The notes beneath the pieces are model-generated. The model searched no databases. It had not been told where the DNA came from and saw only the letters and a list, made by a program, of their open reading frames with translations. A program made the position numbers and the translations under genes. A stretch of DNA of 64,000 bases from Podarcis muralis. Its lineage: Eukaryota. The stretch covers positions 39,928,001 through 39,992,000 of the forward strand of contig NC_135660.1 in NCBI RefSeq assembly GCF_964188315.1, written 5' to 3'. The stretch's first letter is position 1; each line of letters opens with the position of its first letter. Positions 40,001-54,100 of this stretch are shown here, one piece after another.

Positions 40001-43000
40001 GCTTATCCTCAATTCCATATACTTACAGATCTCCTTGGACTTTCAGATATTTTAATTATGACAACGATCTCTTAGATTGAATATACAGTATTTTAATATT
40101 GGCTTCAACATCATGATGGGTCTTTCTTGGAACACTTTCAGTGTTGGCTAGAATATGTTCGAAAATAACAGAAGGGCACAGGAAATCATGGCAGAGAGAA
40201 CTGCATAGTATTTGTTAGTTTAAGTTTCTTTTATATTTTGAACTGGGACCACTTCAGAACATCTTTATTCCACCTAAGGCTTGTTCTTTGGCTACAATAT
40301 AAAAACCTATAATGAATCTGCCCAGATTAAGAGTACCTAGCTGAAAATGTTGGTTTTCATAGAACAATTTGTAACTAACAAACAGTATGGCCCACTACAC
40401 CTAAGTTTTCTCTGTTCATCGTTTCATAGCATTCTAATGGTACCTGTGATTTTTGTTGTATTTTGTAGTTATCAAGTCTCCTTGTGAAAGATTAATAAGT
40501 AAAGGAACTTTATCAGTGGGAAGCTCTGCCTCTCTTCCTCCCCAGGCAGGAAATCGGGATAATCTGCCAATGCTGAATGCAAAGATCATCTACCCCAGTG
40601 AGTGCAACAACACTCTTCCCATCTAGCTAAACCAGAGATGACCTCTTCTGCCGCTGAGGACATAACATGGTTTTTCTGTAATCCATTACTGATAAATTAG
40701 CTCCTTCTACCACCCCAGAAAGGCAGGGAACACATAGCCAACATTTGGGTCCTAGACTAGGTTAGCTGACTCTGCTCCCAGTTTGTTCCCTGCCTTGCCC
40801 AGTACAGCACCTCTCTCTCTTTATTATTATTTTATTTATATATTAATTATGTATTAAATGTATATACCGCCCTTCGTCCAAGGATCACAGGGCAGTTTAC
40901 AGTATAAAAACACAAAAATACATAATGTGATAACAAACAAACAGTTATCCCCCCTTTTGTTTAAAAGACCATAGAGGCCTGGGAATGTTTTCACCTGGTG
41001 CCTAAAGATATGTAATGAAGGCACCAGGTGAGCCTCCCTGGGGAGAGCATTCCACAAATGGGGAGCCACTGCAGAAAAGGCCTGTTCTTGTGTTTCTACC
41101 TTCCGGACCTCTTGCGGAGGGGGCACATAAATAAGTTCCTTTCCATTTTTTCCTTTTCTCTCAAACTTAACCCCTGCTCCTTTTATACCTGTCTTCTTTG
41201 TTAGCTTTTCTGTATTGTCTCCTTTTCTGTATTGTCTCCTTTTATCTACCACTGGAAAAGGGGCATGTATGGTAAAGCTAAAACCCATCTGTGAGAACAA
41301 GTATGAAATTAGGGTATACTGCTTAAAACTTACAAATTTTCAAAATCTTACTCCTAAGATGAACTGATCATCACCAGGAAAGCTAATTGTTGTTCATAGA
41401 AAAAAAAGTAAACCAACTGGTTTTGAACAAGAGCTATGCTATACAAACAATGAGGTCTATTATTCAGTATTTAGAGGCACATGTCAATAACTGCAGGATT
41501 GAAGCAATAGTTACAAGCTCTGCTTTATAGTGGCCCATTTTACTTACATCTCTGTTTTGGGACCACATTCATGCACTTCCATATAAATTCTGAGGATTTT
41601 CCTTATAGGAGTTGGGAAGCTGAGTGGGTCCCACTTCAGAACAAAATTTTGAGCATATTTTTCCTAGCTTTCTAACCAAACTAGACGTAAGTTTAAATTT
41701 GTGTTTGCATTTAATGTGCATTTAAAAATGTGGATAGCTACTGAAGAGGGAAGGTGGCTGATAAATGTGGGTTGCAGCATACAAGGATTTTGGGTCATTT
41801 GGGGGTTAACCCTTTCATCCCTTCTGTGGTCTTGAAGAAAATCTTTCATTTGAAGTTGCTATATGTATTGGAAGGAAATCTACTATTGGGACCAGCGGAG
41901 GATTTTCCCCCCATTGCAGCTTGAAAATTATTTTTGTTGGGACAGTTGGAGAAGAAAGGGTTAAACTCCCCCTTCCCCATCAGCTGCTGCCCCAATCTAA
42001 ATTTTCTAAAAATATGCATGTTAAATGTAAACAACATACGTATTTAATATCACATCTAGGTTGATATCATTAGATCAAAATATATGGTAGAGAAAGTTCT
42101 GTTTTTTCTCAGGCACACATAAATTGTTCATAGGAATTAGAAAACTTCTTTGCTTGAATCTGCTTCTGTGTAGGATTTAAGGACTAAGGCTGGAGTTACT
42201 CATAGGTCTAAATTCCTGTTTTTTCCTCATTGTTCAGCAACAGTGAAAGTGTGAGATAATGTTTCATGCTCCAGAAGTGACATCCTGTTGATTTTGGAGG
42301 TAAAATAGATCCTGTTTTGCCAATTGAAAATATGCTGTGTCCTGTGTGCTTCATAAACTCCTTGCAGCTTCCTGTAAGTTTTGTATTCTGTTGACAGATA
42401 TCCGTGCTGGGGCATCTGGTTCTCTACCTGGAGGTTCTGTCATCAGCCGATTGTTGATCAATGCAGACCCATTTAACTCTGAGCCAGAAAATCTGTGAGT
42501 ATTCAAATAAGAGTGAAGGGAATTGATTCCCTTTGCCACTGTATTACTGAGGAATAAATCATTTCAACAGCAAGTGGAACATTTTTCTTACAATGTAGAC
42601 AAGGCAAGATGGTCTCTATGAAGCTTGGCTAGTATTTTGATTTTGCAGAAAGTGGTAACGCTGAAAGCAGCCCTGTTTTTTAAAAGAGATGACTTCACTT
42701 ACTAACATGCTTATCTGAATTCTAGTAAAGTCTCCCTCCATCATGATGGCTGGTCTCATATTAAACATTATGTGTGGGTTCTGTTCCAGTCCCCCACGAG
42801 CATACACAAAACTGCCTATAATAGGGGGCACCCTGGAGAGTCCTAGTGGCTCATGAGGAGACCCATCCCAGAGCCTCTTCGGTCTCCAAGGTGGGTCTCC
42901 TCACAAGCTGGAGGGACAGCAGGGCTTTGTGGAGCTGCTCAGCCTCACTGCCTAACAGCTGACGTGAGGGATAGCACAGCAACAGTTGCCACATCCCTGC

Positions 43001-46000
43001 ATGTCAGTTGAGGAAGCCCTGTTGCCCCTCTGGCTTATGCGGAGACCCTCCCCAGAGCCCAAAGAGGACACCTTCTTCACAAATAGAGGACACAAAATAG
43101 AGCGCATGTATATGAGGAGTTGCCTGTAATATGTTTCAGTGTTTTTTAAGTGACCGAAACTGCTAATTGGGATGAGAAAGCTGGCTATGTTCTTCTGGCG
43201 GAGAGGTTTCTAAAACTTTTCCTAGAATCATAGATCCTGAGGATCATCTAGTTCCCCACCTGCAATGTAGGAATATGCAGCTGTCCCATATGGGGATCAA
43301 ATCTGCAACCTTGGTATTATCAGCACCACACTCTAACCAACTGAGCTATCCAGTTATTTTTGTACCCAAGAAGGAAATGGAAAGGAATTTTATTTTGCTT
43401 CTCATTGTTCTTGAGTCATTTGTTATTGAAATAGGAGACATAATCCAGAGGCCCTCTCTGACAGGTTTTATTCCTAGTGCACAGGTGGACAGCTCATTCA
43501 TATACAGTGGCCATATTGGGCACAGGGGCATATGGAGAATGCTGAAATATCCCACTTTAAATCAAAGGTGTCTCTCTTGCTCATTATAGTGATTGTTACG
43601 TAGAGAAATGTGTGATGAATAACTATTTTGGAATCGGACTGGATGCAAAGATCTCTTTGGACTTCAACAACAAGCGTGACGAGCATCCAGAAAAGTGCAG
43701 GTAATCAATCATTTGTGGAGCTGTTTTATACATTTTAAAAACCTGTATCCTGTTGTGTCAACTACAGTTATAAATCTCCTTCACATTTCATCAAGCTACT
43801 TGACTGTGTCAATGCACTATTCAGTGGTAGCATTTAACTAAAAAGAAATGTCAGCATACTGGGTAATTTGTTTCTTCATCTTCTTCGTAACAAGCAGGCT
43901 TTGATAGGAATTGGATGCAGCACTTCTTTTATTTCACAACTGCTTTGGCAGATGTGCTTATAAGGCCACTTTTACTTCTAAAGAACTGCAAACCATAGGC
44001 TGAGCGCTTTGATGATTTGTGTTGCTAGGTCCAACAAAAAAAATCAAAGTTATTTATTTCCAGAGAAACCAATTATAATTTACCACATTTTTTGCTCCTT
44101 TAATACTTCTTGCTGTAGGGTAGTGGATAAAGTATTTCAGTGTCTGGCTTTTGTTTTCTTTCAGGCAGCGAGGTTTCATCTGAACATCATAGTATAAATT
44201 ACAGTGCAATTTGTGGTCCATTGCACCACTTGATTCTTTGCTTTCCATTTTCAGAAGTCGTACGAAGAACATGATGTGGTACGGAGTTCTTGGAACAAAG
44301 GAGCTGCTACACAGAACTTACAAAAACTTAGAACAAAAAGTTTTGCTAGAGGTAATGAGTAGCCCTTAACCTCCTTGGTTTATGCAAACATGAAATTATT
44401 TGTTTGCTATCATGCACCATTAGCCTAACTTGTATGATTCATGCTTCCCTGCTTCCTAACCCTAGAGCTTAGCTCCTGAGTTATGAGTTATTACAGGATT
44501 TGTCTGCTAGCACAGCAACTTCACTGTTCTCTTACTAGTCTGAGCTGCTTTAATTAAATAATTGAATGGGTGTTATTTAGCCTCTTGTTGCTTGCTTGTT
44601 TAACTTGCCCTGATACTTCATCAACTGGGGCTCCCTGTTGCTTGTGATCTCTTCCCAGCTGTGTACCCACACACCCAAACCCCCATACTGCAATTAGGTT
44701 TTAAAAATCCTTTCTATTCGCTACAATAGAAGGTTTCTTTCAAGTTTAATTGTAATGGTGGAGGAGCTGTTTTGACAGTGGTGGTCACAGCTGAGGAGGG
44801 GAGAATTAATTATCCCTTTCCAGTTGTGAACCCCAGATCACCCTACCCCAACTGCAGTTGGGTCTGAAATAAGTCTTCTGTTAACTGCAATCAAAAAGGG
44901 GTTTTTAAGTCTAATTGTTGCAGGTGGAAGGTTCTTCTTGAATAATACAGCTGGGAATGGAGGGAATAACCACCCCCAGATGCAATTTCTAACAATATTC
45001 CCCCTTGCTATTAAGCTTTAAGAAGCTTCCAAATGCTCTAAATAAATACATGCTTTTTTCAAGTCTAATTGCTGGGGGGCAGGGGGTGGTATGTGTGGGC
45101 ATGTGCACTTTGTGTGTGTATATCCCTATGCATTGGGGGAGGTTTGGAAGGCTGGCCAAGAGAAAACGAGGTCCTGTGTCTGAAAGAGGTTTCTCACCCT
45201 GAGATAAACTCTGATTAATTGCTAATTTCTTAAGCACTTTTAAAGGCTAGTAACCTACTGATCCTTGAAACCTGTGGAATCTTACATACTATAAACCATT
45301 TTATTTATATCATGCAGTGTGATGGACGTCCAATTCCTTTGCCCAGTCTTCAGGGAATTGCCGTACTCAACATTCCCAGCTATGCAGGAGGCACCAACTT
45401 CTGGGGGGGCACAAAGGAAGATGATGTGAGTACTTTAATTTTTTTGCAAATGAAGGTGTCATTCACCTTCCATTTATTCTTCTTTGTACCAAAAACCTTC
45501 AGATGAAACACTCATAGCTAGAGGGTTTGTTTTAATATGAGCGCCACATTGTAATGTTATCTATGGTGATGGGCTAAGATTGCACAAATGTTGTTTTTCT
45601 CCTGAGGAATTGGTTGCACGATTTTGCCCTATATGAATATACAGTAATTCAGTGTGTGTAAACCATATTCAAATGTAACATCCACAGATGTCATCAGAGT
45701 TGGGGCAGATGATCCTGGGATGTAGAGGCACACTCTCACTTGCCTCCACAAGATGGGTCAGATTGAGGGGAATATATTCACCAATCCAGCCAAAGGTCTC
45801 CTGGTATTTAATGCTGATACGTTTGTTTGGTTGATTGCCAGTGTCTACTGATTATCTACTCCATAATTATTATTCTCCACTAGGCAGCAACACTACTTGA
45901 TGTATTACTATACTAGCAGCAACTAGGTTGGGGTGTGGGAAGAGAGGGATGCCAGGAGGATATATAGCTGTATTTTGCCCTGACATTAGTGAGAAGCAAA

Positions 46001-49000
46001 GGAGGCCATTATAACTGAAGGTCAAGCTGGATAAGTTTCTCTTTCTTTGTTTCTCTTAGACATTTACAGCTCCTTCTTTCGATGACAAGATCCTGGAAGT
46101 GGTAGCAGTGTTTGGTAGTATGCAAATGGCTGTCTCACGTGTGATTAACCTACAGCATCACCGAATTGCCCAGGTATCTGTCAGGAGCTGGAGTCAGGCA
46201 TAGGTCAGCAATAAAACACCCAGTGTCAGTGAAGTTAGCTCTTTATTCAAAGAAACCAAAAGAGTGCAGGCTTGGTGATCACAGCAACTCTTCCCAGTAG
46301 GTCTTGCCCCAAGGAGGGAGTTGTAAGGACTGAAGGTCCCAGTCTTTCCACTGCTCCTTAAGACTCTTCCTCCCCTGGGTCTTTCCAAAGAAATCTCAGG
46401 CTCCTTCATCTATTATCTCATTGCTCTGCTCTCTTCATTCCTCTACGTGTTCTGGGAGACCAGAGGGGAGGGGAGCTGGTCGCAGCAGGAGAGAGAAACT
46501 CCCTGGATTCTTCAGCAGCCTGCCTCATCTCTGTCTCCTGGCCTCCCTCCTCTCCTGCCTCTGATTCTGGACTGATCTCTGCCCAAGCCTCTTCCTGCTC
46601 ACTAAACCCTGTTGCCTTTTCAGCTTCTGACACCTCCTCCTCCTAGTTTGCCCCTTCTTCTCCCTCTGACCACTCATTGTTGTCCCACCACCAATCTCCT
46701 GGCTCTGAGCCTTCTTCCTTGGGTTTCCTTTCGGGTTACCCTGCTGGTGCATCTAGCCAGTCTGTGCTGCTTACTATTCAGCTTGCGGTCCACAGGAGAT
46801 TTTCCACATTACCTGTTTTTCTTTGAGAGAACCAAAGAGTTATTGCCTGTTTTATAAAGCCTATAGCCTATAACTCTGCATTCAGTGGTTGATATAAGGT
46901 TCAAGGCTAATAAAGGCAGTGATCAACAGCATTCAGCATAGACTGGTTTCTCTATATTGCACTGAGCTGGGTAGAACTTACAAATTCAAATTCTCATCTA
47001 GCAGCACCAGAGGAAACAAGCTGGGGAAACTGTTAGTTACTGTGGGACATAGGGAGATACTTGGGCTGCTGTAAACAAAACTTGACATGCTGTGTGATTT
47101 AGGATACGTTTAACACAAGGATTTCTCATAGTGTCGGACAGTGAAGATAGCAATCTTGGGAGACGAAGGAGTTCCTGTGCAAGTTGATGGAGAGGCCTGG
47201 ATCCAACCTCCAGGATATATTTGGATTGTTCATAAAAACAGGGCACAGACACTAACCAGAGATAGGGTAAGAGGAACCTTCTTATACATTGAGAGATGAA
47301 CCTGCCAAGCAAAAGAGAAATCTGAGCTCCTCCACTCCAAGGCTGATGTGGAATATCGTCAGTCCTGGACTCAGTGGTTGGGAGGGCTGCTCTTGTCATC
47401 CTGCCAGTGGGCTTAGCCTGCTGTGTGATACTGAGAGGACCCTGATTGTGTGATTCCCTTCTCATGGAAGTGTAGATGGAAACAGTTTTGCTATGTTCTC
47501 ACTTGGTAATGGAAGCTTATCTGTTCTCCCAGGCCTTTAAGGGAAATTAGTGGATGCTGTCTAATATTTTAGGTTTTCCCTGTAGTATTTTATTAATGAT
47601 TGGTTTTGAGCATTGCATATTATTGTTCTTGAATGTGATATATTTGTGCTGAATGGAATAAGTTATTTTAGAAACTACCCTGAGATCACTACATGTGATG
47701 AAGGTTGGTCTAAAAATCTGGTAAATAAAATCATGATAGATTTTACAGAGATGGGGAAAATGTTTCTGTGCATGCAGAAAGTATAATATAAAGATAGCAG
47801 TTTCTCCTAAATAATCACAGATGGCATGGAATAGTGATAGCCTCCCTTCCTTTTTTCCAGGCATTTGAGAGCACCCTAAAGTCCTGGGAAGACAAACAAA
47901 AATGTGAGCTGCCCCGCCCTGCTTCTTTCTCCCTGCATCCAGAGATTATATCTGAAGAAGAGTCCACCCAGATCAATCAGTTTTGCCAAGCAGCAGGCAC
48001 TCTGATTCACAGGTGAGGCCATTTTCTTTCCTTCTCGGGTTCATTTGGAGGTGGTGGTGCCAGAATGAGACAACAGTCCAGAAAGTTGATGCTATTGCTT
48101 TCTTCACCTCTCCCCTTCCCACCCACAGCATTCGGGAAATAGCTCAGTCGTACCAGGACATGGAACAAGAACTGGCTCATGCAGTCAATGCTAGCTCCAA
48201 GTCTATGGACAAAGTATATGCCAAATCCAAGTCTACAGAGGTATGGGCGGGTTTCTCTTTGCCTGAACCCAACTTGTTCCTATAGCTTCGGCTCTGTGAC
48301 TATTTTATTTAGTTTTATATTGGTTTGGAGTTTCAGACTTCCATTCCTTACGCTTATTGTCTTTCCACAGGGCCTGAACTGCAACCTTGTTGTAGAGATG
48401 GCGAATAATATTAAAGCCCTGCATAATGAAACAGAACTGCTCCTGGCTGGCAAAATGGCCCTGGTAAGGGATAAATATTAGGAAAGGTGTTTGTTAGTTA
48501 TTTCTGTTACTTTTTTGCCCTTGCTGAGAACATAATTCTCCCTGTTTTTTCAAATCCACAGCTAGGCACTCACACAGTTGACAGTGCCTTTACCTCCCTC
48601 ATCCAGTCCCTAAATATTGTTGTTTCCTATTTCTGCAATTTAGCAACATTAGATCCATGGTTTTATCTTCCATGATGCAGCCAGCACATGCTAGAGCTCT
48701 TTAGAAGAATAGATACCAACATATTCTAGAAATATAATTCCATTTGTCAGAAGGAAAATAACAGCAGTTATTTAGAATAATAGTTTGCCTGGATATTCAG
48801 TAAACAAAAATGTGTTTCATTTCTAACCCTTTTGGGCCATGGGCACATTTGCAAACCATAGAAACTGTGTACACACCACACACACATTGGAACCACATGT
48901 ATTCCTCCCATTGCCAGAAGTTAGGTTCAATGGGTGTGTATTCTGCAAAATGTAGTGTAGTGGAGGAGTGATCTTCTTGGACAGTGCAGCTGAGAAGTCC

Positions 49001-51130
49001 AGAGTTAACCTTTCCTCCACTCCAATCTCCAGGAAGATCACACACCCTGCAACAATTAGGCTTCTATTGGAACAAAAGAAAGCTTCTTCCAAGCCTAATT
49101 GTGGCAGACGTGTCTTTTGTCCAGAAGAAGGGATGACAGCTGGGGAAGGGAAAGTCAAACCCAGCTGCTGCAGCACCCCTCCACCCAGCAAAATAACATC
49201 TCCATTGTAATTGGGCTTGACAAAGTAGAAGGGTTTTTTTTTTAAAGCCAAATTACAGCACGAGGACGTGTGTTAACATTTGGACAATCACATCTTGGCT
49301 AAGATGTGAATAAGGCTTTTGCCTGTGCACAGAGCTCCTTCAGCACTTCCTTCACACAAGATGCAATTAAACTATAGTTCCTTGTTTCGTTTAAACCAGG
49401 AAACTATAGTTATCAACTTTTGAACAAGCCTGATCTTGAAGTTGGTATAAAATCCTGGCTATTTGAATCTGGTAACCATATTTTCCCTTGTTTAGACAAA
49501 ATAGGAAATTACAGTTAATTAGGGACTCTCTGGTTGTCTTGATAGTGGTTAGATCTCCATTAAGTTGTGCAGCTCTTAAGTGCGCTTGTGTGCTTTATTT
49601 CTGATGCAGCAGTTGGATCCCCCACAGAAGGAGCAGCTCCTAGCAGCTCTGGCAGAAATGGACTTTCATATGAGGAAGCTAGCAGACATTCCTTGGCTGT
49701 GGCAGCTAATGGAACCCAGTGATGAAGAGGTAACATCAGATGAGGAGGGTAGACCTATTGGGAGCCTTTCATTGTGATTTGTTACTGGGATAGCACAGGA
49801 ATATGAGAGTAATCGGCTTGGTGCCTTCCTCGTTCAAAGCATCCTGAGCTGAATAAGATTAATGTAACTAAATTGAATTAAACTTAATTAGTTGAGATGG
49901 CAATTTTTCACTTCTCTCCTAAAAAAACCTTACTCATACACATTCCTTATCATGAAATATCTATATTGTTATTCTCCCTGCCCTGCAGAACCAAATGCTG
50001 GATTATTCTAAACGCAGCCGGAGTGGCAAATTTCGTCTGGTGACAAAGTTTAAGAAGGAGAAGAACAACAAGAATAAAGAAACTCGTAGCAGCTTGGGAT
50101 TGCCGGGTACCGCCAGTCTGTGTATTTCCTCTTCGCCCTTCTTCACACATGTAGCCATATGTGCACCTGCACATCTGCGCCCCCACTAAATGCAAAAACC
50201 CTTCTCTTCTGCCTCTCTCTGAACACTCCCTACTTCTCCTCCCACACTCTTTTTGTGTTTGACCCTTTCATTTATTTTATCAGGTATCTATTCCCATAGC
50301 AGTATTTTCCCCAAGCAAAATAACACACTTGCTGGGTTCTCTCCTAGAAAATGTACAGCACTAAAATATATAAAAATAACTGAGAACATCCTTCAAAGAG
50401 ACCTTCAGTGACTTTCAAAGGCAATTGATTCAAGGATTTGTAGTTTTAGATAGCAAAAGGACTGTGGAGCCCAAGTCCGCATAACTCCAGATCTCCCCAC
50501 TGCTAATACTCACTGATTTGGTTAATGATTTTCTCTCATTGATTCACTCTCAGTCTTCAATCAAGTCCTCATGTCTAAATGTCTGGGAATTCTGCATCAT
50601 CACGGTGCATCCCTAGCTTTAATCCTTATTGATTAGTATGATATTAAAAATAGCCCCTTGAAATCAATAATTCAAATGGTATCAGAGTACTTCCTTTCCA
50701 GCTGGTTTAGTTGATTTGTTGACTTATATTCTTTCTTATGAAAACATTCTGGCTTTTACATCTGTAAATTCTGTTGGTTCCATGGTGCTAATAGTACCAT
50801 CCTCTTTCCCATTAATTTTGTGGCATATCCGTATTCTCTCGCTTTCCTCTGGACTTTAAGGTTCTATTTGCTCTTCTCTTATTTCGAGGCTAGTGGAGAG
50901 GCTGTGTGTGATCATAACAAAACTTATTTCCCTTTAGAGGAACAAAAAGGCATTGCCACTGTGCCTATAAGGGACGCAAATGAGTTTGCTAACCAAGAAT
51001 ATGTGCAACAAGACTTACTGCCTTGAAAAGAAGTGACAAAAGTATCAGGGTTTCTATTTCCTTTATTCATGGGCATGGCATTAGGGAACAGATGGATTGG
51101 GTTCTGACTATTGTATCTTGTCTTAATAAG

Positions 51131-51198
<68 letters not shown>

Positions 51199-54100
51199 TC
51201 CCTTTCCCCATGCATGCAGTCCCTTCTCTTCTCCCTTCACAGCACACCAGAATAATATACCCAAGTCTCCAGTTGACTGTAGCTTCTAATTAGGAAGCAT
51301 CTGTTCTAACCAGGAAACTATAGTTACCATCTCTGGAACAAGCCAGGATCTGAACCATAGTATGAAATTGGTTTAAGATCCTGGCTTGTTCAAAAGGAAG
51401 GGGAAGGGGCTATATTCATGGACAATAGACTTTTTCTTATCCCAGCTTGTTAAGCTAAAATAGAATAACCCAAGCACAGCCACTGTGGCCCAGGATGACT
51501 GGATAAAGGTAAACTTTTTTTAAAAAAAGGTAGTTTACAGAAAAGGCGAGTAACAGGATATATATGATAACAGTGTGCAATATTTGATTATACATGATGT
51601 GCAGAAAGTGGATTCTAGAACTAAGGGTCACCTGATGAAGCTGAGTGTTGAAAAATTCAGGACAAACAAAAGGAAGTACTTCTTCACATAGCACAACTAC
51701 GGAGACCATTTCCACAAGATGTACTGTAGACATCAACTTTAAAAGAGCATTAGACAAATTCATGGAGGATGCCTCTGAATACCTGTCTCTGGGGACTACA
51801 AGTGTGGAGAGTGCTGTTGCCCTCAGGTCCTGCTTGCAGGCTTCCCATTCATTTGCCCTTGTGAAAACAGGATGCTGGACCAGATGGACCTTTGACTTGG
51901 TCCAGCAGGGCTTTTCTTACTTTCTTGAGTCTAGTTCTGCTCCCCTTCTCCATATCTTATACTATAATTTGAGGTTTTTCTCCATTTGGGCATTGCGTTC
52001 CATGCAGTTTAGGGGAGGAAGGAAGGGAAGAAGTTGCATAAGCCTGAAACCAGGTTCTGTTTTCACTGTGCATAGAAAATCCAGGGTGTATGTTTTTGTA
52101 TCAATTTGAACAGACCCAAAGGTGCAGTGCACACATTTTTAAAGATGGGATTTTGCACTATTTCTGTGAATATCCAGATTTGTCTTGTGGCAAACTGATA
52201 TTCACCTTAGCTGAATTACTTGATAGTTTAGTGCACATTCACACATTTTATCCTATTAAGTTGCTGGTCAGACCGTGTGGCAAGCGTCCATTCAGACATA
52301 CTATCAGTAGCATAAAATCAGTCCTAGGTAAAAACAGCTTCTACTACATCCAGCCTCCATTTAAAACCACGTCTTGGCTTGTAATCTTGCTTCCTTTCTC
52401 TTGCTCTGGAATTGTTGAATCACTTGTCATTCCTTCTACTGTGAGGTTTAGTATTGTTTCCCCTTCTCTTTTTGATTTGCTTCGGTGTTTGCTGGTGATC
52501 ACCTTTTTTCTCTCCTCTGGGCTTTTGGGTACTCAACACACTCCTGCTTTTCCATCTCTGACAGTTCACCTCTGGGGAACGGAGGAGGTTGCGGCCTGGC
52601 TTGAGCACCTCAGTCTTTGTGAGTATAAGGATATCTTCATCCGGCATGACGTCCGGGGCTCTGAGCTCCTGCATCTTGAACGGAGAGACCTCAAGGTACT
52701 TCATGAGCGACTTACCAAGAATAGCCATCTACATTTGCATGGCTGTCTGTGCTGACTGTGCTTGGAGCTGGTCTGCGTACTCTCCGTTCTAGGTGGCTTT
52801 AGACAGAGTAACAAGAGTATTTTACAGCTGTGGGCTAGCAGGGTCAGATCAGACAGGAAAACTCTTTGTCCAGAACCCAAGCCTTTTAAAATCCACAAAC
52901 CAAGCCTTCTCAAGTTGTAGACAAGGCCTGCAGTTAATCATTGAATTATACGATTTGAACTTCTGAATAGTATTACTTGAAATATATCAGTATTCTGGCC
53001 TTCTTTCATAAATGTTCATATACAGCTTTGAGTGAACTGAGGAAATACATAGCATTGGAGCCAGCAGTGCCTGCACTGGTGCAAACTACGGCCAGTGTAT
53101 AGTTAAACTATGGAACCCACTCCCCCAGGAGGCAGTGGTGGACACCAATTTGGATGGCTTTAAGAAAGGATTAGAGATATCCATGGAGCATAAGGCTGTC
53201 AATAGCTACTAGGCACAATGGTCATGTTCCACCCACTGTCAGAAGGAGTGTGCCTCTGAATACAGTTGCTGTGAATCACAGGTGAACAGAGTGCTATTGT
53301 GCTCAGAGCCCGCTTGACCGCTCTGTTTGACGAAGCATCTGTTTGACCACCGTGAGAGCAGGATGCTGGACTAGATGGGCCATTGGCTCCTCTTATGTAG
53401 AACAGTTTCAGATTGGAGGCATGCAGAGTTCAACCGAACCTGCATAAGCAGCAGGATCCACACAGCAGCCCAGCACAACTGCTAATGTGATTTATTGTTC
53501 CAGGATCTGGATGGTTTCAGGAATTGTGTGGACCATATGCCCTGCAGTATCAAAGTACCTTTTCAAGCTTTGCTTCCACTGCTTATGATCAAGCAGTGGC
53601 AGCAAAAACTGCAGACACAACTTTAGGCGATACAACACTGGGTCCAACGAAGCATTCTCTGCTAAGCTTTATCTAGTATTGGGGAAATGCTGTTTCTGCT
53701 AGAGGAGATTAACGTGATGCCCTTCTGATGTGGAAGTAGAACTGTCTAATGGAAGATGTGTGTAATTACAAACTGTATATTGTATCTGTCATGTGTCTCT
53801 GGTACAGGAGAAACTGTATTTTAAAATACATTTTTTGAATTGTGGGTTGTATTCAGTGTGGCTCTAAGGCTACAGTTCTGTCAGCGCAAGGATTTTTCCT
53901 TGTACAATGGACTGTTGTCCCCCCCCAACATTCTGGAGCATATCCAGGAATGGTGTGGGGGTGTGGCATAGTCCCGTTGCAGTAGTGGTCATCCTTGCAC
54001 TGACTGGACTGTTTAGTTGACTACTGCCCTGTGTTTTTGGTTGTGCTGGATTTATTTCTAAGATTTGTGCAAATCATCAAAGATATTAACTGAGTTTTGC

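Noticed and set aside
46179-46632. 11/12-bp inverted repeat TGTCAGGAGCTG / CAGCTTCTGACA as element boundaries
   Set aside because: No TSD, and the same purine-rich reading frame continues to ~46808, so the match is treated as internal
49730-49777. SDEE-like duplication after the exon 27 donor ([13 protein letters not shown]) with a second GT at 49749
   Set aside because: The second donor is weak and adds 19 nt (frameshift); no further support
51645-52755. 154-aa and 221-aa ORFs
   Set aside because: The first is a CR1 remnant; the second is intron read-through into the real exon 29
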